Source of the DNA: Rotaria socialis
Lineage: Eukaryota
Direction of reading: 5' to 3'
Length of the DNA stretch: 64,000 nucleotides
Assembly: GCA_905331295.1 (NCBI GenBank)
Contig: CAJNYD010000503.1
Span: 1 to 64,000, forward strand
Positions 51,771 through 61,567 of this stretch are shown one piece after another. The position numbers were made by a program, and so were the translations under genes. A model generated the notes under the pieces. That model saw only the letters and a list, made by a program, of their open reading frames with translations. It ran no database searches and was not told where the DNA came from. The stretch's first letter is position 1, and each line of letters begins with the position of its first letter.

Positions 51771-53503
51771 ATGAGAAGAAAGCGACGACAACGAACTTGT
51801 TCAACACTTTTGGAAGGTTTGCCTAATGAATTATTGGCTCAAATATTCTCTTATTTAAATGGAGTGGATGCTATTTATGCCTTTTCATGTCTTAATAATC
51901 GTTTTAAATGTCTTCTTATCGAAACTTGCGAATTGTTTGATTTTAAATCAATCAGTAAATTAAAATTTGATCTTGTCTTGCAGCATCAAAATACAAAACG
52001 ATGGAAATCATTAAGAATTTCGGATGATGAACATACACCTGGTCATACAGAATACGTTTGTCAAGTTTATTCTTTAAGCAATGATTTTCCTCAATTACAA
52101 TCGTTAGTCCTTTTACATTTACACTCTCAAAAGATGTGCACTGTTTTATCCCAACTTTCATCTTTAAAAACTCTTGTTTCATTAACAATTAAATCTTTAT
52201 GTCGTGAAATAATGCCTCCACTTGATCTTCCAAATCTGAAAAAACTTGTTTTCGGTGCATGTTCTCATATTGATTGGATAAAAGTAAATTTAAAAGCACA
52301 GAACATTGAATCGTTTTCTTTATTACTTTTTTTAGAATTTTTCTCAACTTGAAAGTGTTGAATATACAATAGAAAATTGTCATTGGTTTATAATAAACGA
52401 TTTACCATGGCCATCAACATTAACACATCTTAGAATTATCTTTCATTATGAAGAATGCTGGAGTATTATACAACGTTCACTTTTTCATTTATCATTACTC
52501 AATACTCTTGAAATATATCAAATACAAAGAGCGACAATGCCTCCTAATGGCCAAATCTGGGAAACCTTGATTCGTTCATCTCTTCCATTATTAAAAATCT
52601 TCAAATTTTATTTTAACTTCAAGTATTCATTGCAATCACCTTATCAAATGGATGAGGCCGTAGCATCATTTTCCACGCCGTTCTATATACTGGAAAATAA
52701 ATGGTTTATTCGTTGTGATATATCTGACCGTGGCTGTGCACTTCTGTACTCACTACCATTTCCTTTCGAAACTTACACAGCTTTGCAAGGTAATAACATC
52801 AAAACTATTTCAACTTTTTTTGGATGATTACAACAACGATTTCTATACTAATATATTCTCAAATGTCACAACACTAGAAGTCCTATATAAATCTTCTGAA
52901 CCCGATGAAAACTTCCATTCAAACGGACTGATTAATTTGACTATTCATAATGATTTTGATTCAATTAAATGGATGCATGTATTGAATAAACTACAACATT
53001 TAGAGATGCACTTTCTTACCGCGATGCCACCAAACAATTTTCTTCATATATTGAAAAATGCACCGCATTTACGTTCTTTAGTTACAGAAAAGAGAATTTT
53101 ACAGATAGCGACAGAACATTGGAATAATATTTCTATATGTGATCATCTATCTTGCAAGATTATCTCGTTAAAATTATGTGGACGACACGCACGAACACAA
53201 TATATAAATAAACATGCAACTCAACAAATTATTCGGATTTTTTCCTCGAAATGTCAACATTTATCTTTATGTATTCAGTCATCAGACAATACAATCGGTT
53301 TTATTTTAGAAAACATGCCTCAACTACAAAGTTTACATGTCAATATTTATGGAAAAATAAAATCCTTAATTGATATGACATGGTTACAAAAGGAACAGAC
53401 TATATTCAATAGTTCGAATTGTATTATACTTAGTAATGGAGATGATCATTATTTTTGGTTAGGAAAACATCAATCATACAAGAACTTGAAGTGTGTAAAG
53501 TGA
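51771..53503 (+). CDS. F-box/LRR-like protein (intron ~52284-52335) with a +1 frameshift in the T7 run near 52815-52821
   Basis: LEGLPNELLAQIFSYLNGVDAIYAFSCLNNRF; GQIWETLIRSSLPLLKIFKFYF, FSTPFY, LYSLPF; the frame shifts into ORF 52715-53503. Confidence 0.75.
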
Positions 53504-53587
53504 AATATAGTCTCTTTAAAGTCAATAAAAAGTTCCTTTTCTTGTTCATGAATAAAATTTAATATGTTGATGAAGTGTGGATAGGAC

Positions 53588-53656
53588 TGGTGTGGGTGTG
53601 GGTGTCGACTGGGATCGGAATAAGTAGAAAATAAACATCCACACCCATACCCACCA
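53588..53656. repeat. Inverted telomere-like junction
   Basis: tggtgtgggtgtgggtgt...acatccacacccatacccacca, 85 nt after the F-box stop. Confidence 0.9.
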
Positions 53657-53812
53657 AACGGTAATATGATAGCATAAGAATCATTGAAATAAACTGGTGC
53701 ATAGTCTGTCTCATATGACTCAATCCGGAAGCATTTCGATACGATGGTTACGATATGTGTAAAACTGCATAAAAACGACGTGAAGACAATCTGCAATCAG
53801 CTACTATTTATA

Positions 53813-54799
53813 ACGGGTGTCCCAGAAAGAATGAGACTCTCAGTATTTTAAAGATTTCTCGTCTATTATCCGTGTGATTAAAGCCCTTTTTATTATCAAA
53901 AGAGAGCGCTTGAAATTCTCTACATAACCATATAAGACTAGGCCCACAGACAGTTTTAGATGTATTTGAAAAAAGACTAAAACTAAATACATACAAACAG
54001 CTGCAAAAAGTAAATAAGGGGTGCTCGATAATAAATGGCCGTACTTTGCATTTCATATTTTAATCTCTAAATACGTTTTATTAAAAAACAAAATATATTA
54101 CAAGATGCAGCGTGAAAAGCTCTACAATCTAAACTAAAATTGATTTTAATTGTATCCTTTTGTTTTCAAGAAAAAAAGCAAAACTCTGTGCGACTGATGT
54201 TTGCCATTGCGAAAACCGATCGCACAAAATTTGGAGTCTTTTTAACATAAAAAGTACAGACATAAGATAAATTGCTGTTTGTAAAGTATAGAGTTTTTCA
54301 CGCTGCATCCAGTAGTATATTTTTTTAAAGAAAACATACTAGATGATGAAACAATACAATAAGAAAAAGAAACTCGTTCGTGCAAAAAAAACAACTTTTT
54401 CACAATGACGAAAGTTGGTCATACAGAGTTTTGCCTTTTTTGAAAACAAAAAGTATATGATTAAAATAAACATTAGTTTGTAGATTGCAGAGCTTTCCAC
54501 GTTGTGTCTAGTAGTATATTTTGTTTTTTTAATAAAATGTATTTAGAGATTAAAATATGAAATGCAAAGTACGGCCATTTATTATCGAACACCCCTTATT
54601 TACTTTTTGCAGCTGTTTGTATGTATTTAGTTTTAGTCTTTTTTCAAATATATCTAAAATTGTCTGTGGGTCTAGTCTTATATGGTTATGTAGAGAATTT
54701 CAAGCGCTCTCTTTGATAATAAAAAGGGCTTTAATCACACGGATAATAGACGAGCAATCTTTAAAATACTGAGAGGCCCATTCTTTCTGGGACACCCGT
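53813..54799. mobile_element. Tc1/mariner-type foldback MITE with very long TIRs and a TA target duplication
   Basis: ta|acgggtgtcccagaaagaat...attctttctgggacacccgt|ta; mirrored ORFs 53808-54056 and 54557-54772 reflect the inverted repeat. Confidence 0.9.
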
Positions 54800-54811
54800 T
54801 AGTATTCCATG

Positions 54812-55035
54812 AGCCGCTATGGCTGAATGGTTAAGATGTTCGGCACATATCTACAAGATAGTGTGTTCAAACCTCGGCGCCATCATCCATAGAATAACCG
54901 TGGACAAGTTACTAACGGCTGTTTTGTCTCGGACCACCCATCCGATAGCACGCTGATTACATATGACATACATAAAAATATCCTCATGGATAGTATGTGG
55001 TTAGTCAGTATGCATGGGAAGCTTAAGTAATTAAG
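54812..55035 (+). mobile_element. tRNA-derived SINE-like element
   Basis: Pol III A box tggctgaatgg and B box gttcaaacc in a degenerate tRNA-like head, followed by a non-tRNA body. Confidence 0.5.
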
Positions 55036-55189
55036 CGGAAGGAACTCTGAGTCAGGCCGGCCTTCTGTCCAGAGCTGCAGCTAGTAATAGTTGTAGGAAA
55101 AATATCGGGCTCTTGAAACTGTCTCCGGACAGCACTCTATACTGAAAGGTAGCCGCAAGGCAAGGGTTTCTTTCTTTCTTTTCTTTTCT

Positions 55190-55640
55190 TTCTAGTATTC
55201 CATGTGTGATGTTGTCAACGTATCTCAATCGATTCATATCAAAGCTACCAATAACGTCGATACAGTCAACATGATTCTCGTCTAGTAAAACAGAGTAGTG
55301 TTGATTATTGTGCTTTCATTAGCAGCTCTGATTCTTACGCATAGCCGTGCCAGGGCTCCCCGTTCCCGAGGAATGGAACCACTTGACAATTCATTTCTAC
55401 ATGTTTTTGCACACTCTGGAATGTGTAGACATTTTTTCTTCCATTTTGAAGCAAGTAATGATATATTCCTGGGAACTTAAACCCCCTAGACAATTCTTTT
55501 CTGTGCATTTTTGAACACGCTGGAGTGTTTAGGCATATGTTTTCTTTCATGTTGAGGTAAGTCACTATGGGTTCCGGGTTCCTGGAAACGGAACCCGAAA
55601 CTGACAAACCCAACTTGCGCACATGTTCAATGAACAATTG
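55190..55640 (-). pseudogene. Possible decayed non-LTR (RTE-like) reverse transcriptase remnant
   Basis: IDVIGSFDMNRLRYVDNI resembles the RTE motif IGG..INNLRYADD; multiple frame breaks. Confidence 0.3.
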
Positions 55641-56085
55641 TAAATGGCAGTTTATGAATCGCTGTAAAAACGCTGTATTTCAATCGTTTATTACTATTTA
55701 TAAGTCATTCCATCCCATCTAAATAAATGCTTCTTTTATTGTATAAGACTCCACCAGATTACACTCAAGAATTTTTAAATATTTGTTTTTTGCGTTTTAT
55801 ATGCCACACTATCCGTGCGCATCGTAAAAGGTACGTAAACGAATATTTTTATTTGAAAAACTTAATCTGAAGACTTTTTCTTTTTCTCCCATACACTTAA
55901 TTATTCAGGTAAATACTTTTTTTTTATCTTGTCCTTCATACTACGTCAATAATTTTAGCAAGAATCAGTTATATTTGTCAGTGTCGTCGTCGTTTTTCTT
56001 ATCAAATTCGTTCTGATCCGCAAAAAAAGTGTTATTCATTTCGCTAAATTCATTTCGTGTGACGTCGATTTATTGTCTGCATATC

Positions 56086-57939
56086 ATGTTTCTCCTTTGG
56101 CTATTTTGTGCTTTACCCATGACAATAGTCTCTGGGTTAAGCGGTAGTTTATATTTATTTGCTAATGAATCCGTAGATTCTCCTGTTGTCACTACGACAT
56201 CGGGTAAATTCGCTGGCTTTACTATTCGACAGACAAATGTTTGGGTTGGAATTCCTTTTGCTGCTCCACCTGTTGGCGCATTACGATGGCAAAAGGCTCA
56301 ACCATATGTTGTGACTGATAGCCAAAACGACGCAATACGAAATGCAACTTATTACAGTCCGTTTTGCCCACAAATTGATCGGGGAGGCGATACTTCAGGC
56401 CCATTTAATGAGGATTGCTTATATCTAAATGTCTGGTCACCTACCGCACCATCAACTAAACCAAACGGTTATCCTGTGATGATATGGATTCATGGTGGAG
56501 GATTTAAAGAAGGAAGCGCCACGCTAGTAATCTACGATGGACTTAGTTGGACGAATGCCGCTATACAAGAAAATAACCCATTTATTATGGTTAGTATGAA
56601 CTATCGACTGAATGTGATGGGATTTTTTGCTCAATCGAGCTTATTAGATGAGAATGGACAGACTATTGGAAATCAAGGTATTACTGATCAACGTATGGCA
56701 ATGAAATGGGTTCGCGATAATATTGCACAATTTGGAGGCGATAAAAATTATATTACTCTTATGGGTGAATCGGCAGGATCTCAATCAGTTTGTATACATT
56801 TGATATCACCATTGTCGGCTGGGTTATTCCATGCTAGTATAATGCAAAGCGGACCGTGTGATGCTGTAAGTATGTTGCGTGATAAATCATTTGCATATTC
56901 AACAGCAAATAATCTTGCATTATCTTTTGGCTGTAATATGACTAACTCAAGTCAACAACTAGATTGTTTACGAACTGTTAGCAGTACTCGACTAGTAGCT
57001 GCTATAGGCAACGTGTCTATTCCACTGTCGACATCATTAGCATTCAAAGATCAAGAGAAAATTGGGGAAGCTTTTCCATTTGGCTTGATCGTTGATGGAG
57101 TGGAAATACCTGTTCATCCACTTCAAGCTTTTTTGACGGGACAAGTCAATCAGGTACCTACATTAACAGGAGCAAATCGCGATGAACTTCTTTTACGTGC
57201 TTTGTATCAAGAATATTTTTATCCACCGACCAGCACTGAAGATTACTTAACTCGCATTCTTCCAATTGCAGGGTATAATAATCATGATATTAAGACATTG
57301 TATGCTCCAAGTCAATTCAATGGTAATTATTCGCAAGCGTTTGTGGCCTTATTTTCTGAAGGTATCTTTGTCTGCAGTGCTCGTCGAATGGCGGGATATA
57401 TGACTGAACAGCCGACATATTTATACACATTCACTCATGCACCAGAGTCCTTTTTTTTGACACAACCAGCCTTAATCATGTGGCCTGGCGCATATCATGG
57501 AGCCGAAATATTTAGTTTGTTTCAAACAGTAGCTGCTACATTTTATGGAAATATGATTTTCAACGCCGATGAAATACCCTTGGCTACATCTCTTCGTCGA
57601 TATTGGACAAATATGATTACAAAACATCAGCCTAACGATAATATTAGTTTCACATGGCCTCAGTATTCGTCTACCACTGATCGGGTTTTAGTGCTCAATA
57701 AAAAGACGACTATTACATCCTTCATTGAAATGTATCCGAACTGCGACCTTATATCAGATGTACAAGCCAAAGTTTACGGCGAATATCTTGGCTTCAATGC
57801 TACGTGTACGGTAGGAAACAAATGCTTTATTGTTGATTCCACCACAACCACTAGACAAACATCTACTAGCAATAATCTACGTTGCTGTCAGTTTAAATTG
57901 CTCTTTTTGCTTTTTTCATGCATTATACTTTTGTTCTAA
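56086..57939 (+). CDS. Type-B carboxylesterase, intronless, with a signal peptide and a hydrophobic (GPI-like) C-terminus
   Basis: GIPFAAPPVGALRW, EDCLYLNVW, WIHGGGF, GESAG nucleophile, GANRDE acid, AYHGAE His. Confidence 0.92.
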   Translation: MFLLWLFCALPMTIVSGLSGSLYLFANESVDSPVVTTTSGKFAGFTIRQTNVWVGIPFAAPPVGALRWQKAQPYVVTDSQNDAIRNATYYSPFCPQIDRGGDTSGPFNEDCLYLNVWSPTAPSTKPNGYPVMIWIHGGGFKEGSATLVIYDGLSWTNAAIQENNPFIMVSMNYRLNVMGFFAQSSLLDENGQTIGNQGITDQRMAMKWVRDNIAQFGGDKNYITLMGESAGSQSVCIHLISPLSAGLFHASIMQSGPCDAVSMLRDKSFAYSTANNLALSFGCNMTNSSQQLDCLRTVSSTRLVAAIGNVSIPLSTSLAFKDQEKIGEAFPFGLIVDGVEIPVHPLQAFLTGQVNQVPTLTGANRDELLLRALYQEYFYPPTSTEDYLTRILPIAGYNNHDIKTLYAPSQFNGNYSQAFVALFSEGIFVCSARRMAGYMTEQPTYLYTFTHAPESFFLTQPALIMWPGAYHGAEIFSLFQTVAATFYGNMIFNADEIPLATSLRRYWTNMITKHQPNDNISFTWPQYSSTTDRVLVLNKKTTITSFIEMYPNCDLISDVQAKVYGEYLGFNATCTVGNKCFIVDSTTTTRQTSTSNNLRCCQFKLLFLLFSCIILLF

Positions 57940-58029
57940 TCCAGTAAAGTTTTTCAGAAAAAATTGACTAACAGTAAAAAATTACTAATACTAATTAATA
58001 GTAAAAAATAGTATAATAGCGTAGTCAGA

Positions 58030-58084
58030 AGGGTGTGTGCGGGTGTGGATGTGTGTTACAGTGACGTCGCTAGTATACACACTC
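58030..58084. repeat. Telomere-like G tract with a weak C arm, abutting a putative LTR
   Basis: agggtgtgtgcgggtgtggatgtg...tacacactc. Confidence 0.65.
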
Positions 58085-58284
58085 GGCATATATATGTTAT
58101 CCTCTATCATCTTCTTTAATCTTCATTTGTCTTTTCTCTTTTCTCTTCTCTTCTCTCTTCTCTTGTCGTTCTCGCTATATATTTCATGTAATATAGAATT
58201 AAGGGTATTCTTGTTAAATAAAGTTAACGTACGCGTTGTACGCACACACATACTTCTCTCATTTTAACATTTGACGACCCTGCA
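58054..58284 (+). mobile_element. Putative LTR (TG...CA, ~216 bp) followed by a primer-binding site
   Basis: tgttaca...tatata...aataaa...ttaaca, then tttgacgaccctgc, a near match to a TGGCGACC-type PBS. Confidence 0.5.
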
Positions 58285-59423
58285 AAACAACATTAAGCAA
58301 TAAAAAAAAAGAAAAATTCAACAACATCCAGCAAGAATCAATCATTACTTAATTCTATCAAGTTATAATTCATAACAAACAGAGCCTCTCGTGAAAAGAG
58401 ACTTGAATTTTTATTTTTTTGAACAAATAAAATTATTAATTGATATTAAACATTGTCATTCATTTATAGGTGAGAAAATATTTTCTAAGCAATGAAATTA
58501 TTCATTTAAGGACTATCAGGAATACTTTTGAGTAAACTCTATAATTTTCAAACAAGAAACTAATATTGCAAAATTTTTTTTGGATATCAAATTCTACATT
58601 GAGAGGAGGAAAAATCAACCTAAGAGAAATCAAATAACTTTCTTGGGATAAACAATTGTAAACAGAGATTCTAAGAAGAATTTCGTTCATGTTTTTTTGC
58701 ATTATATCGATTCATACATTGATCCATTTTCATTGACAATAACCATTTCTCATATAATATAATCATAACGGCTACGGGAACAAGATCAGAAATCAAGAAA
58801 AATAATACAAAGCCATTACCGTACACAATAATCATCTATCATTCAACACGTCAAAAAATCAACATTATATCGTCAAGTTACGACCGACGTGTTACTTCCA
58901 ATATTCGAACGCAATTATTCATAACAGGACCTCTTACATAGAGATTCGTTTAACAAAATATGTCAAACTAATGGAATAATTAACTATTGTTAGATTTACT
59001 TTACATAATATGATTTAGCATACCATGATCGGGGAGCATGAATTCCCCTCACCCACTGATTATGAAGGACTATTGTATTTAATTTGGAAAATATTTAATT
59101 ATTATTATTACTCTGTTATACGGGATTTTATTTATTGATTAAATATATTAATTGATTAATTCTGTCAGATTCTTACAGCAGCAATGAAAATCGAAATAGA
59201 AGATGAAATTTCTTATCACTTATATTGACATATCCTACAATGAATAATTATACATATAGATATATATGCACAATATAAATCGAATAAAATTTTTCTTCGC
59301 ACTACCTCACTGAAATAATTAGCCATAGATTCATATCCTAATAGAATTGTTTAACATTAATTTCAGATTCACTATTTAGTGAATCGGTAAATATCCAAAA
59401 TAATTTTTTTCTCTATTGTAGTT

Positions 59424-60113
59424 ATGTTATCTCCAGCGGAATATAATAAAATCGCATGGCAACTAGAAAATATAACAGCAATAGTTACAGGTAGACCGCG
59501 ACAAAACCTTCTCAATAAATTAAAAAAGAAACTTTATGAACATGAATTTGCATCTCGTTTTCCGCCATTTCAACTCTATCATTATCGACAATATTTGATT
59601 AGTTATAACACCAGCGAACAAATATTACAACATCTTATTGAAGCTGTAAAAAATTCAGCATCGTTTACTTTAGATACAGAATCAGTGTGTATTCCCTACC
59701 GATAAAATAAACCCGCACTTATTCAATTACAAGTCATACAAGAAAATTTATTTTCATATAATATACTTATAGAAGTTTACCATTTACCACATGAAAATAC
59801 AGAAAAATTTGAATTAATTCGATAATTATTCGGTTATTTATTCGATCTGAACAATGATATATACGTATGGGGATCAATCGATGAGTTAGAAAAATTTATG
59901 GAATTTCATTTATTCTCATCCAATCAAATTTATCGATCGAATAATATTAATTCTCAAGATGATTTTAAAAATTATTGGTACGATCATCATCCTCATCAAT
60001 TAATATTATCGTCAACTACCAATGATACATCATGTACTTGTGAAACATGTCTTGGTATTCAATTAAATAATCCTTGGTCATTGCAAGATGCAGTAGGATA
60101 TTCAAGTTATTAA
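59424..60113 (+). pseudogene. DEDD(y)-type 3'-5' exonuclease ORF with a nonsense codon and 3' truncation; probably retroelement-borne
   Basis: ExoI motif FTLDTES; TAA at 59703 then in-frame NKPALIQLQ, IYVWG...EL, NSQDDF, WSLQDAV. Confidence 0.7.
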
Positions 60114-60221
60114 ACCTTCAAAAGGTTTCGAAGGTCCATACCATAACTCTTAGGGTTTAATAAGGTACCACCAAGCATTAAAGGTTCCATACAACACCTT
60201 CATTTTTTTCAGTGTAGGCAT

Positions 60222-61567
60222 CAGACACGTGCACAGGACAAATTTTTCTCCGGTCCTGCCCTGTTTTGTCCTGTTTACTTATTCCACTTTGGTAGATGAT
60301 AGAAGTGCCAATGTGCCAGTCCTTATTTTGACTTTCAACGATCAAAGTGCACAAGACTACTAGTTATCCTGTAGCTAAATTGTGTAATATAATTTTTCAA
60401 AACAATAATTCCACTGTCATTAATCATTTATAACTATTATAGATACAACAAACTATTGCATAATCGTGATTTGTTAATTCGTTCCTGAAAATCCGAAGTT
60501 TTCCTGGATAAAGAAAAGTAGCCGATTACGAAAAGGTGGATTACGGATCCTCATCATGCTTTTATTTAAGCTAAAAAATGTCGACGTGTTCTTGCTGTTG
60601 AATTACAGGGTCTACATTGGAAGGGGTGCTTGCTTGATCGTATAGAAAAAGAGAAAAAGAGGAAATGTTAATGTAAAATGTGGCTTGGAGTAGAACCTAT
60701 GATCTTAACAGTTCACTGACATTTTTAATCAGCTTACATGCTTTCTTATCCACATATTTGATATACAAAAAATTCCTCATATTTCATAAAAATATCCAGA
60801 AAAATAACTTCTCTTCGATATATTATATCTCTAGAGGAAAACATTCGTTCTTGGTAAAAGTTCTAGAGCATTATAAGTAAATTAACTTCAGGTCTATTGG
60901 TGGTCAAATCTCAAACACAATCATCTTGCTTTCGATTTCTTAATTTGCCTAAGTATTCAATCTGAATATTTCTTGCTAGAAACATTATCCTGATAATGGC
61001 ATCACGTATCAGTAGACCGCTTAAGAATTCATCGACTCGTTCCATCAGATATCTCAATGATGCACTTAGCAACATCGCTTAAAAAAGGTCAAAAATTCAT
61101 GTTGTGGTTATGAATAAACACAATTTTCACTGGAAAAATTGCGCTTCTAAATTCATGAGTTTTGAAAGATTTAATGTTTTGATTGCTCTTCACTAAAAAA
61201 CAATCTTTCTCTCTCTCTCTGTATAATCGATGAGTTTATCCTGGTTCAAAAGAAAACTGATTTTTTTTTCGTATACAACCTTATGCAGATTTTACGGCAA
61301 TTAAGATACAACCCTCAAAAAGAAACACTAGACTCTTATTTGTTAATAACCCGTTTATGAGAGGAAAGGAAGATTTTTAAAATTTGAATGGATTAGCTTC
61401 AAGGTGAGCACAGGGCAACTTTTTTCTGTCCTGTTCGAGAATCCCGTCCTGGCGGGCAGCAGGATAGAACCAAATTTGAAATTGCATTCTGTCCTGGAGG
61501 ACAGGACAGGACAGGGCAGGGCAGGACACCAGAATAGCAGGACCGTTCTGTCCTGTGCACCTCTCTG
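60222..61567. mobile_element. hAT-type non-autonomous element with an 8-bp TSD and CAGGA subterminal repeats
   Basis: gtaggcat|cagacacgtgcacaggaca...tgtcctgtgcacctctctg|gtaggcat. Confidence 0.9.

Noticed and set aside
53808..54772. Two near-identical ORFs (MKCKVRPFIIEHP...) on opposite strands
   Set aside because: They result from the MITE's long inverted repeats and have no protein motifs.
54812..54885. Functional tRNA gene
   Set aside because: A and B boxes are present, but I could not form convincing acceptor and anticodon stems; treated as a SINE head.
1771..58084. Reading the repeat-spacer-repeat motifs as a CRISPR array
   Set aside because: The arms are inverted and dispersed kilobases apart, not regularly spaced direct repeats; the context is eukaryotic with no cas genes.
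1771..58084. Reading the junctions as an ordinary MITE family
   Set aside because: The internal sequences are unrelated, arm copy number varies, I saw no consistent TSD, and truncated neighbours do not resume on the far side.
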